NCBI GenBank assembly: GCA_963835655.1
Contig: CAWIGJ010000003.1
Span: 868,372 to 932,371, forward strand
Length of the DNA stretch: 64,000 nt
DNA from: an uncultured Chloroflexia bacterium
GTDB lineage: Bacteria > Chloroflexota > Dehalococcoidia > DSTF01 > JALHUB01
Reading direction: 5' to 3'
Shown here: in pieces, positions 9,442-18,339 of the stretch
Layout of the letters: every line of letters begins with the position of its first letter
Position numbering within the stretch: position 1 is the first letter of the stretch
Position numbers and translations under genes: made by a program
The notes under the pieces: model-generated
Database searches by the model: none
Seen by the model: only the letters and a program-made list of their open reading frames with translations
Told to the model about the DNA's origin: nothing

Positions 9442-11088
9442 ATGAGAAGCGATGTCATTAAGCCGCGCAGGCCCCTTTTCCTACCGATGGGCAGGACTAG
9501 CCAGGAAATGCAGAAGCCGCTCGTTGCCATTATCAACTCCCAGAATGAGCTGGTGCCCGGCCACGAGCACCTCGATCAAGTCGCGAAGGCGGCCCGGGAA
9601 GGCGTCATAGCCACTGGCGGCACGCCCTTTGAATTCCCTGCCATCGCCATCTGCGACGGCTGGGCTGAGGGACACGGCGGGATGTGCTATCCGCTGCCCA
9701 GCCGGGAACTCATCGCCGACTCCATTGAAGCGATGATGATGGCACATGCGCTTGACGCGATGGTCTGCGTCACGAACTGCGACAAGATCACACCGGCAAT
9801 GATGATGGCGATGGCCCGCCTAAATGTGCCTTCGATCATCATCAGCGGGGGGCCGATGCTTCCCGGACGGTTCTGTGGACAGCGGATCGACGTGAGCAAG
9901 ATTGCAGAGTTCGGACCCCGGCTGCAAAAGGGCGAGATGACTCCCGGCGACTTCCTCGAGGTCATCAATCGGGCGGCGCCGACTTGCGGCTCCTGTGCTG
10001 GCCTCTTCACTGCGAACAGCATGAACTGCATGGCCGAAGCCCTGGGGCTGGCGCTTCCCTGGAACGGTACTATTCCTGCCGTTTACGGCAGGCGCCGTGA
10101 GCTGGCGAAGTTCGCAGGCATTAGAGTCATGGAGCTGTACGAGGCGGGAGTGACGCCCCGGTCGATATTGACGCGCGCGGCATTCGAGAACGCCATCACC
10201 GTTGACATGGCTATCGGCGGCTCGTCGAACACAATCCTCCACTTGATGGCGCTGGCGCAGGAGGCAGGCGTGGAGCTGGACCTGGCTACGTTCGATCGTA
10301 TCAGCCGGAACACCCCGCGTCTCTGCAACCTCAGTCCCGCCGGTAACCACTTTGTTGAGGACTTGTATGAGGCGGGCGGCATCCAGGGTGTGATGAAGGA
10401 ACTGGCGGGCAAGGGCCTGCTGCACCTCGACGCGATGACGCTGAGCGGTTTCACGGTCGGTCAACTGATGGAAGTTGCTCAGATTACGGACCGGAACGTT
10501 ATCCGGTCGATCGACGACCCGTACTATGCTGAAGGTGGTCTGGCGCTCCTCTACGGCAACATAGCCGAGGATGGCGCGGTCGTCAAGCAGTCCGCCGTGG
10601 AGCCGGAGATGATGCGGCACGAGGGGCCGGCGCGCGTCTTCAATTGCGAAGAGGACGCCCGCGACGCCATAGGCTCCGGCGCCATTCACCCCGGTGAGGT
10701 CGTTGTTATCAAGTACGAGGGGCCGAAAGGCGGACCCGGAATGCGCGAGATGCTGTGGGCTACGTCTGCGATCGTCAGCGCGGGCCTGGAGGCCGAGGTT
10801 GCGCTGATTACGGATGGCCGCTTCTCGGGCGCGACGAAGGGCGCGGCTATCGGCCACATCTCGCCTGAGGCGATGGAAGGTGGCGCGTTTGCCGTTATCG
10901 AAGAGGGCGACGTTATCGAAATCGACATCCCGGCGAAGACGATGAATGTGCGGTTGCCGGCGGAGGAGATCAAAAGACGGCTCGCGAACTGGGAGCGGCC
11001 GCGTCAGGACGACCTGCTGCCTTATCTGGCGAGATATGCATCGTTGGTCACGTCGGCGAGTACCGGTGCCGTGCTGAGAAGGCCTTAG
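9442..11088 (+). CDS. ilvD: Dihydroxy-acid dehydratase
   Basis: AICDG, NCDKITP, GSCAGLFTANSMNC, GPKGGPGMREM and TDGRFSG motifs; ATG after GGAGGA. Confidence 0.95.
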   Translation: MRSDVIKPRRPLFLPMGRTSQEMQKPLVAIINSQNELVPGHEHLDQVAKAAREGVIATGGTPFEFPAIAICDGWAEGHGGMCYPLPSRELIADSIEAMMMAHALDAMVCVTNCDKITPAMMMAMARLNVPSIIISGGPMLPGRFCGQRIDVSKIAEFGPRLQKGEMTPGDFLEVINRAAPTCGSCAGLFTANSMNCMAEALGLALPWNGTIPAVYGRRRELAKFAGIRVMELYEAGVTPRSILTRAAFENAITVDMAIGGSSNTILHLMALAQEAGVELDLATFDRISRNTPRLCNLSPAGNHFVEDLYEAGGIQGVMKELAGKGLLHLDAMTLSGFTVGQLMEVAQITDRNVIRSIDDPYYAEGGLALLYGNIAEDGAVVKQSAVEPEMMRHEGPARVFNCEEDARDAIGSGAIHPGEVVVIKYEGPKGGPGMREMLWATSAIVSAGLEAEVALITDGRFSGATKGAAIGHISPEAMEGGAFAVIEEGDVIEIDIPAKTMNVRLPAEEIKRRLANWERPRQDDLLPYLARYASLVTSASTGAVLRRP

Positions 11089-11095
11089 CAGTCGA

Positions 11096-11124
11096 TTGAC
11101 TTCGTCTGAGGTTCGGCCTACGAT
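11096..11124 (+). promoter_or_regulatory. Putative sigma70 promoter
   Basis: TTGACT-N17-TACGAT upstream of the FmdB-like gene. Confidence 0.55.
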
Positions 11125-11142
11125 CGTTGCAGGAGTCGTGCG

Positions 11143-11373
11143 ATGCCACTATACGAGTACTACTGTCCAGTCTGCGAAAGCAAGTTCGAGGTGCTACGGC
11201 CAATGAGCCGTTCCGACGAACCGGCCTCGTGCCCGAGCGGCCATGAGGGCGCCGAACGCACCATCTCCGTCTTCTCGGCGCTGACGAAGGGCGCTGACGG
11301 CGAGGTATCGTCGGTGGCCAGCAGTTGCAGCAGTTGCACGACCGGCGATTGCGGGAGCTGCGGCATCGCCTGA
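11143..11373 (+). CDS. FmdB-family zinc-ribbon protein
   Basis: MPLYEYYCPVC...FE...CPSG plus a Cys-rich C-terminus. Confidence 0.9.
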   Translation: MPLYEYYCPVCESKFEVLRPMSRSDEPASCPSGHEGAERTISVFSALTKGADGEVSSVASSCSSCTTGDCGSCGIA

Positions 11374-11518
11374 AGCGTCGATCGCACCCCCGCCCGCGCC
11401 GTCTTAGTTCCGACTGTTCCCCAAGGATTGCTGTCTGATACGCGCTCCTGAATTGCCTCTAGCCACGCCGTTAGACACGCGCTCGCTGCCATTCCCCAAC
11501 AGGATTTGAGGCCTTCGA

Positions 11519-12265
11519 CTAACCTTCTTCCGAGGTGGCGAGTTGAGCGCCCTGCTGGCTGGGTTGAGGAGCGCGCTTCTCCGCGCGATGCGCTAGCGTT
11601 AGGTGAACAGTCGACGCAATGCCGATGACCGCAGCTTCGACCAGGGTGAGGATTCCGAGGAACATCGTGATGTCGTACCAGAAGCCGTCCGGGAACATCT
11701 GGATCAGATGATCCGTCGCCGGGTTCAGCTCCCAGAGGTTGTTGTTGAAGGCGATGCGATGGAACTGCTCGAAGGCCTGGTCGAACCCGCTCATCGCGAC
11801 CAAACCCAGCGAGACGATAATGCCAATCGTCAGCAGCGACCCGGTCAACGTTTCAATCGCCAGCTTTCGCATCGGCCGCTCACGCGCCCATATGAATACG
11901 CCGACGACATAGGCCATAATGTATACAAGCGCCACTTCCTGGAGATGGTTGACGAAGCGGAAGACACCCTTCACGTCCTTAAGGTGAAGAACTTCCCGCT
12001 CGTTGAAGAGCGAGATCTCGCGTGTCCCCTGCTTCACCTGAATTGAAACGTACTGAGTGTTATCGTTGAAATAGCCGCGAAGCTCGTGAGTGGCCCGGAT
12101 TAGCTCGTCGTGAGCAATGCCGGTGCGGGCCGGCGCATTGTAGTGGTCGATGGAGTAAGTGTAGATTCGCTGCTCATTGGCTAGGAAGCGGACGTTGGTT
12201 CCGATGAGAGCGACAGGAATAGCGAGGACAAAGAGCACAGTTGCCAGGGCACGGACGACCGCCAA
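11519..12265 (-). CDS. TIGR01906/DUF1461 family membrane protein (Lit-like)
   Basis: ERE..HLKDVK.VF and FEQFH.I.F.N.LW.L.P..D.LI.MFPDGFW motifs. TTG start chosen after AGGAAGG; GTG 12289 is an alternative. Confidence 0.85.
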   Translation of the reverse strand: MAVVRALATVLFVLAIPVALIGTNVRFLANEQRIYTYSIDHYNAPARTGIAHDELIRATHELRGYFNDNTQYVSIQVKQGTREISLFNEREVLHLKDVKGVFRFVNHLQEVALVYIMAYVVGVFIWARERPMRKLAIETLTGSLLTIGIIVSLGLVAMSGFDQAFEQFHRIAFNNNLWELNPATDHLIQMFPDGFWYDITMFLGILTLVEAAVIGIASTVHLTLAHRAEKRAPQPSQQGAQLATSEEG

Positions 12266-12315
12266 TCCACACCTTCCTCGCCTGTGCACGCCCCGCCCGT
12301 CACAAGTACTACCGC

Positions 12316-12368
12316 AATATTAGGTATACACTTTAGCCTTGTCAACCCTTTTCCAGGCCTTTTATAAT
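12316..12368. promoter_or_regulatory. Overlapping divergent sigma70 promoters
   Basis: Plus strand: TTGTCA(12339)-N18-TATAAT toward mazG. Minus strand: TTGACA-N17-TAATAT toward the DUF1461 gene. Confidence 0.5.
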
Positions 12369-12393
12369 CGAACCGCTGCTTCTTGGGGGATTT

Positions 12394-13182
12394 ATGACCG
12401 AATCGCAGAAACATCATGAAATCGACCTGCACACCTTCGACGGACTGCGCGAGATCGTCCGCCGGCTGCGTGCCCCTGATGGCTGCCCGTGGGACCGCGC
12501 CCAGACGCATGAAAGCCTTCGCCGCTATCTCCTGGAGGAAACGTACGAAACGCTCGACGCTCTCGATGCTGGCGAAGCGGTCAAGCTGCGGGAAGAGCTG
12601 GGCGACGTCCTCCTGCAAATACTGCTCCATTCTCAAATTGCCTCCGAGAGCGGCGAGTTCACGATAGATGATGTCATAGCAGGCATCGCTACAAAGCTGG
12701 TGCGTCGCCATCCGCACGTCTTCGGCGAGGCGAAGGTGGATACACCTGAGGAGGTCGTCCTCAAGTGGGAGGCGATCAAGATCCAAGAGCGCGGCGGCGA
12801 GTCGCTGCTGAAGGACGTTCCTCAGACGCTGCCCGCTCTCGCCTATAGCCAAGCCCTCCAGGAGCGCGCCGTCGCTGCGGGCTTCGAGTGGCCCCAGATC
12901 GCCGACGTGCTTGACAAGCTCACAGAGGAGGCTGGCGAACTGACGGAAGCGGATACGCCGGCGCAGAAGCGCGAGGAGATGGGTGACATCCTCTTCGTAC
13001 TCGTCAGCCTGGCGCGGAAGCTCGGCCTCGACGCCGAAGAATCGCTACGGCTGGCCTCCCGCCGTTTTCGGACTCGCTTCGAGAGACTCCTGTCGATCGC
13101 AGCCGAGCGCGGGCTGCGCCTCGAAGACCTCCCCATCGACGCCCTGGAATCCCTCTGGCGTGAAACCAAGCCCCAAGCGTGA
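12394..13182 (+). CDS. mazG: Nucleoside triphosphate pyrophosphohydrolase MazG
   Basis: LRAPDGCPWDRAQTHESL, EELGDVLLQ and KLVRRHPHVF motifs; two-domain MazG. Confidence 0.95.
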   Translation: MTESQKHHEIDLHTFDGLREIVRRLRAPDGCPWDRAQTHESLRRYLLEETYETLDALDAGEAVKLREELGDVLLQILLHSQIASESGEFTIDDVIAGIATKLVRRHPHVFGEAKVDTPEEVVLKWEAIKIQERGGESLLKDVPQTLPALAYSQALQERAVAAGFEWPQIADVLDKLTEEAGELTEADTPAQKREEMGDILFVLVSLARKLGLDAEESLRLASRRFRTRFERLLSIAAERGLRLEDLPIDALESLWRETKPQA

Positions 13183-13279
13183 AGCGCGTAGAGCGGCGAT
13201 TCTGCCCGCGGCTCGTCGCTATCTCGGTCATTGACGGGCCAAGATCGCGGCTGCGATACTGAGGTTGAGGAGCACGGCG

Positions 13280-13705
13280 ATGAAGGACCAGCCGCCCTTC
13301 GAGACCTTCGACCACACCGCCGATATCGGGATCGTCGCCCATGGCGCCAGCCTCGCTGAAGCCTTCGCCAACGCCGCTAAAGCAATGTTCTCCCTTATGG
13401 TCGACCTCGACAAAGTCGAATCACGCGAGGAGCGCCGGGTCGAAGTCGAAGCCGACGACCTCGAAGGCCTGCTCGTCGCCTGGTTGGCGGAACTGCTTTA
13501 CCTGAGCGAGGTCGACAACCTCGTCTTCAGCCGTTTCGAAGTGCAGGAAATCAGCGACACACGCATCGTCGGCCGCGCCTTCGGCGAGCCACTCGACCTT
13601 GAACGCCATAACCCGCAACTCATGATCAAGGCCGTGACCCGCCACATGCTCCAAGTCGCGCCCGAAAACGGCGGCTTCCAGGTCCGCGCCATTCTCGACA
13701 TCTAG
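13280..13705 (+). CDS. Archease
   Basis: DHTADIG N-terminus, IKAVT.H and ILDI C-terminus; directly upstream of rtcB. Confidence 0.93.
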   Translation: MKDQPPFETFDHTADIGIVAHGASLAEAFANAAKAMFSLMVDLDKVESREERRVEVEADDLEGLLVAWLAELLYLSEVDNLVFSRFEVQEISDTRIVGRAFGEPLDLERHNPQLMIKAVTRHMLQVAPENGGFQVRAILDI

Positions 13706-15172
13706 GTGAACGCAATGGTCAAGGGATGGCTAAGCTCGCTGGAGAAGGTCGACGACTTTCGCTGGCGTCTACCTGTCAGCTACAAAGCAGGCATGCGCGT
13801 GCCGGGCCTTATTTACGCCGACGAGCGCCTCCTGAGGACGATGGCCGAAGACCAGGCCGTCGAGCAGGTGGCGAACGTTGCCTTCTTGCCGGGGATCGTC
13901 GGCTATTCCATGGCAATGCCCGATATCCACTGGGGTTACGGCTTCCCCATCGGCGGTGTGGCCGCGATGCGACTTGACGACGGGGTTGTCTCGCCCGGCG
14001 GCGTCGGTTTCGATATCAACTGCGGTGCGCGGCTTCTTCGCACGAATCTGACAGAAGGGGATATCCGCCCCGTCCTCGACCGTCTCGCCGACCAGCTTTT
14101 CCGCGACGTTCCATCTGGCCTCGGCGCCCACGGCCCGCTTCGCGTTAGCAACAAAGAGCTCGACGAGGTTATGCTGCGCGGCGCGGCCTGGATGCTCGAC
14201 CGCGGCTGTGGTATGCCTGACGACCTGGAGACGACGGAGTCGCGCGGCTGCCTGGCGGGTGCCGACCCATCGAAGGTCAGCCAGCACGCCCGCGAGCGCG
14301 GCCGCGAGCAGCTGGGGACGCTTGGCGCCGGCAATCACTTCCTCGAGGTCGAAGCCATCGAGGCCATCTACGACAAAGAGGCGGCGTCGGCTTTTGGACT
14401 GGAGGTTGGATGCGTTGTCGTCTTCTTCCACTGCGGCTCGCGCGGCTTCGGTCATCAAGTCTGCCAGGATTATCTTGCCGTAATGGAGAAGGCATCGCGC
14501 CAGTTCGGCTTTGCGCTTCCCGACCGCCAGCTCGCCTGCGCGCCGGTCGACTCCAAGCCGGGCAAGGACTACCTTGCTGCTATGGCATGCGCCGCCAACT
14601 TCGCGTGGGCCAACCGCCAGGCCATCGCCCACTGGATCCGTGGCGCCTTTGCCCGCGTCCTCGGTCGCAGTGCGGACGAACTGGGCATGACGCAGCTCTA
14701 TGATGTCGCTCACAATATCGCAAAGGTTGAAGAACACCGCTTCGGCGGGCAGTCGATGCGGCTGTGCGTCCATCGCAAGGGGGCCACGCGCGCCTTCCCG
14801 CCCGGCCATGCCGAAGTGCCGACGCGCTACCGAAAAGTCGGCCAGCCCGTGCTCGTGCCCGGCGACATGGGCCGCTACTCGTACGTTTGCGCGGGCACCG
14901 ATCAGGCGATGGCCGAGACCTGGGGCTCCACGTGCCACGGCGCGGGCCGGATGCAGAGTCGGGGCGCCGCCCGGCGATCGCTCAGGGATGTTGACATAAT
15001 GGGCGGCCTGGCGGCGCGAGGGATCGTCGTTAGGGTGCGAAACAGGGCACTCCTGGCCGAAGAGGCAAGCGAGGCCTACAAGGACGTGGCGGCCGTCGTT
15101 GAAGTGCTGGACAGGGCGGGAATCTCGCGCAAGGTGGCGCGCATGAAGCCGCTGGCGGTCATCAAGGGCTAG
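13706..15172 (+). CDS. rtcB: RNA-splicing ligase RtcB
   Basis: MPDIHWGYGFPIGG, GFDINCG, GNHFLE, HCGSRG, HNIAK, HRKGATRA, CHGAGR and EEA..AYK motifs. The start may be ATG 13715. Confidence 0.96.
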   Translation: MNAMVKGWLSSLEKVDDFRWRLPVSYKAGMRVPGLIYADERLLRTMAEDQAVEQVANVAFLPGIVGYSMAMPDIHWGYGFPIGGVAAMRLDDGVVSPGGVGFDINCGARLLRTNLTEGDIRPVLDRLADQLFRDVPSGLGAHGPLRVSNKELDEVMLRGAAWMLDRGCGMPDDLETTESRGCLAGADPSKVSQHARERGREQLGTLGAGNHFLEVEAIEAIYDKEAASAFGLEVGCVVVFFHCGSRGFGHQVCQDYLAVMEKASRQFGFALPDRQLACAPVDSKPGKDYLAAMACAANFAWANRQAIAHWIRGAFARVLGRSADELGMTQLYDVAHNIAKVEEHRFGGQSMRLCVHRKGATRAFPPGHAEVPTRYRKVGQPVLVPGDMGRYSYVCAGTDQAMAETWGSTCHGAGRMQSRGAARRSLRDVDIMGGLAARGIVVRVRNRALLAEEASEAYKDVAAVVEVLDRAGISRKVARMKPLAVIKG

Positions 15173-15761
15173 GGGTCTCTTCTCCGCCGGCAGTGTTCTG
15201 CGATTCGTTTTCCGCCTCCTGTAGCCACGGCTGGACCTGTGTGAAGAAGGCGTCGAGGTCGTTGTTGTTTTCCAGCGCCGACTGTACGTCCCCCAGGAAC
15301 GCGTCATAGCTTTGCAGCGTTGGGACAGCTTGCTGGTAGACGTCCCGCAACGTCGACGGCGCCAATTGCGACAGCATCGCGACCAGGTTCGCCGTGCTTC
15401 CCGGCGATGGCGTTGCTCGCGCCACGGCCGTCGATGACGCCTCGCTGAAGTAGTCAGTGGTGTCCTGAAGCTGCGGCTCGCTCCCCATCCAATCTGCGCT
15501 CGCGTGCAGGACGCCAGATAAGTAGTCATTCGCATCGGCCAAGGCGGGCACCCGGCTGCTCGCGACGTGCAGTCCGACGACGAGCAAGAGGGCGGCGATC
15601 GCCAGCGCCAGAATCGACGTCACGGCCAGCCGGAGGAGCGCCAGGAGGCCTGTTCCCAGCAGTCTCGCCGTGCCCAGCGCCAGCGATAGCGGCAGCGGTC
15701 GACGTGGCAGAAACGGCGGTTCTCCCTCGAGCGGTTCGTAGCGAATTGTTGGCTTTGTCAC
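15162..15761 (-). CDS. Hypothetical membrane-anchored protein
   Basis: N-terminal hydrophobic helices followed by a helical/acidic domain; overlaps the rtcB 3' end by 11 bp. Confidence 0.55.
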   Translation of the reverse strand: MTKPTIRYEPLEGEPPFLPRRPLPLSLALGTARLLGTGLLALLRLAVTSILALAIAALLLVVGLHVASSRVPALADANDYLSGVLHASADWMGSEPQLQDTTDYFSEASSTAVARATPSPGSTANLVAMLSQLAPSTLRDVYQQAVPTLQSYDAFLGDVQSALENNNDLDAFFTQVQPWLQEAENESQNTAGGEETPSP

Positions 15762-15920
15762 TCGCGCGTTCGTACCTCATATATTCAAACGCGGCGACTG
15801 GACAGACGTAACGGCGGGAACGTATGTGAATGCAGTGTGACATGTCCCCGGCTGGTGGTTTCCCTAACAATGTGTAAGTCGTAAAGTGGAATGCGTTAGC
15901 GAAACTCTCGAGGGGCTGCC

Positions 15921-17165
15921 ATGAAAAAGGTCTTTGTCACGTCTGCGATCGGATTCGTCTTTCTCGCTCTCACGCTTTTCTTCGCGGGCTGCGGCAGCAG
16001 CAGCACGAGCAACAAGATCGATCAGCCAGATGTCGTGCCGTTGCCTGCCGATAGCACGGTCACCCTGGAGCAGGTCGACGCCCCGGACGCCAACGCTGAA
16101 GGCAAGCTCTACCTGGGCGATACGACGACAGGGCAGATCTTCGAAGTCAAGACGGACCCCGAATCCTGGCTCTCCGGCTATCAGTGGATTTCGCCGACCC
16201 AACTCATCGCCGCCGGCTACTACCATGATTTCTTCTTGCTCGACCTGACCGCCAAGACTCTTCACCGCCTGCCGGACACCATAACTCCGTCCAACGTCTC
16301 TTTCTCTCACTCCGGCGAATTCATGGCCGTCACCGGACCAAATAACGACCTGATGATCTGGTCGACGAAGGACGATAAGCAGGTCTCTGACATATCAACC
16401 GGCGCGATTGGCTATTCGCTCTGGTCACCCGACGATACCCGCATCTTCTGGCCGGGCAGTCCCTCTGGCGTGGCTACCACAGGCGCCCAGCCGGCGATTG
16501 TCAGCATCGACACCGGCACCGGCGCGCTCTCGGCCCGCTGGTCGAACGACGGCAAGTCCATCGTGTTCGGCGATACAGACGGCCTCTACTCGACGGACGC
16601 CACGGCTGGGGTCAAGACGAAGCTCTACGCTTGGCCGGCCGGCCTCCAATTGCTGCCCGACGCGCCGAAGCTCTCGCCCGACGGCAAATACGCCCTCGTT
16701 TCTGCACGTGATGCTGCGGGCAACGGCTTCCGCGCGCTCATCGTTCCGCTTGACGGTTCCGGTAAGGGCGTCCAGATAACAGGCGTCTGGCCCGCGGACG
16801 TCGAATGGTCATCCACCGAGGACGTTGTCGCCGCTGTCGCCGACTGGTGCCAGCCGACCGCTCACCTGCTCCTCGTCAACGCCGACGGCACGACTCGTTC
16901 AACCATCGAAGGCGCCACGCAAATACCGTTTTTCTCAGACGATGGGACGCAGATCGCGTACGTGGGCCCCGACCCACAGTCCGGAACGAATGAGGGGCTG
17001 GTCGTGCGGTCGGCAACGGGCGTTAGCACCGCAACCTTCCTCCCGGGTGTCCTGCGCGATGACGTTTGGTCGCCGGACGCGCGCTGGATAGCCTACACGC
17101 CGGGGCCGGTGTCCTATCAGTGCATGGACACCTCGGGGACGACCCAAGTCCTCCCGTTCCCCTAG
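15921..17165 (+). CDS. Lipoprotein with TolB/WD40-like beta-propeller
   Basis: Lipobox FAGC and repeated WSPD/WS.DG/SPDG blades. Confidence 0.8.
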   Translation: MKKVFVTSAIGFVFLALTLFFAGCGSSSTSNKIDQPDVVPLPADSTVTLEQVDAPDANAEGKLYLGDTTTGQIFEVKTDPESWLSGYQWISPTQLIAAGYYHDFFLLDLTAKTLHRLPDTITPSNVSFSHSGEFMAVTGPNNDLMIWSTKDDKQVSDISTGAIGYSLWSPDDTRIFWPGSPSGVATTGAQPAIVSIDTGTGALSARWSNDGKSIVFGDTDGLYSTDATAGVKTKLYAWPAGLQLLPDAPKLSPDGKYALVSARDAAGNGFRALIVPLDGSGKGVQITGVWPADVEWSSTEDVVAAVADWCQPTAHLLLVNADGTTRSTIEGATQIPFFSDDGTQIAYVGPDPQSGTNEGLVVRSATGVSTATFLPGVLRDDVWSPDARWIAYTPGPVSYQCMDTSGTTQVLPFP

Positions 17166-17310
17166 CCTATTCGATTCGGTTCTCAAACGGACGTGACGGC
17201 CGCTATGTGCATGGACTGCCGTTTGCGCTTCCCTTCGGCGCTTGGACAGACATGAGAATAGGGGAAATCGGGAGGAAGGCTGCGGGCCTATCCCGCAGAA
17301 GTGCAATCGT

Positions 17311-18168
17311 CTACCACCGCATTTCTATCTTCTCGGCGTCGAACGCCTTTTTCAGGCGGCGCCGCAGCTCCCCCATCACGTCCCACTGACGCATCGGACG
17401 CGTCACCCCCAGCACCTTCAGCGATACGCCGCTGTCCTTGAAGGCGTCCACCCGCTCCACGTGCGGCGCTTCCTTGATCAGCTGCTTGTACGTAGCGTCC
17501 GTCGCCAGTTCCAGGCCCACCTTGTCGATTAGCTCCGTTACCCGGTCTAGATCGGCGTCGTAGGCGACGGTAACGTTCATATTCACACCCGACCAGTCAC
17601 GCGTGTAGTTGCTCGCCACCCGTACCTCGCTGTTGGGCACGCTGTGCACCACACCATCGAGGTCGCGCAGCACGGTCCGGCGCAGGTTAACCTCTTCCAC
17701 CCGTCCCGTGACACCGCCGATGCTCACGACGTCGCCGATGCCGTACTGGTTCTCGATCAGGATGAACAAGCCGTTCAGCGCGTCGCGGACCAGAGTCTGC
17801 GCTCCGAAGCCGATAGCGATGCCTGCGATGCCGACGCCCAACAGCAACGCGCCGATGTTTATGCCCAGCTCCGGCAGCACCAGCAGCAGCGCTATCGTTG
17901 CCAGAACAACGTCGGCGGTGCGTGTGACGGCTCCCGACAGTGTCTTTGCGCGCTTCGTCGTCTCCTCCTCGGGGCGGTCCGCCATGTGTCCTCGCACCGC
18001 CGCTTCCACGAGGCGCGGCGCAACAGCGCGAAGGATCATCATCACGACGAAGGCAACCGCAACGATCGCGACGATACGGAGACCGTTCGTGACGAGCCAG
18101 TTCGTCACCCGGTCCGCCGTTATCCGCGCGAAAAGGAACGATGTCATCCCTGCGTCCATGCGCCACAT
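17311..18168 (-). CDS. mscS: Small-conductance mechanosensitive channel
   Basis: GIAIGFGAQTLVRD..NG.FIL.E.QYGIGDVV...G.VE..NLR.T.LRD.DG..H.VPN signature. Confidence 0.9.
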   Translation of the reverse strand: MWRMDAGMTSFLFARITADRVTNWLVTNGLRIVAIVAVAFVVMMILRAVAPRLVEAAVRGHMADRPEEETTKRAKTLSGAVTRTADVVLATIALLLVLPELGINIGALLLGVGIAGIAIGFGAQTLVRDALNGLFILIENQYGIGDVVSIGGVTGRVEEVNLRRTVLRDLDGVVHSVPNSEVRVASNYTRDWSGVNMNVTVAYDADLDRVTELIDKVGLELATDATYKQLIKEAPHVERVDAFKDSGVSLKVLGVTRPMRQWDVMGELRRRLKKAFDAEKIEMRW

Positions 18169-18339
18169 TCTACGCTGGGCAAGGGAGGGGAGTGAAGAGG
18201 GGGATTATGCCCCTCTTCCAAGGGTTACAGGCGACGTGCCCCTGTTCTTCCAGAGAAACAAATCTCGGGTGGGTGGGAAGACAGACGCGCTCTCGGGCGA
18301 CGGGGGAGGAAGTGCCGCGACCGAGCGCCGCTCAGTCGG

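Noticed and set aside
11418-11506. Short echoes TTCCCCAA(CA)GGATT and ACGCGCTC in the FmdB-DUF1461 spacer
   Set aside because: Too short and irregular to support as a repeat element.
13769-15535. 588-aa minus-strand ORF, and similar long antisense ORFs (17609-18688, 9820-10857, 32155-33036, 35810-36793)
   Set aside because: Antisense shadows of well-supported genes in GC-rich DNA with no recognisable motifs.
15526-15870. RYVCPV stretch resembling a rubredoxin start
   Set aside because: The second Cys of CxxC and the distal pair are missing, and the ORF overlaps the 15162-15761 gene in another frame.
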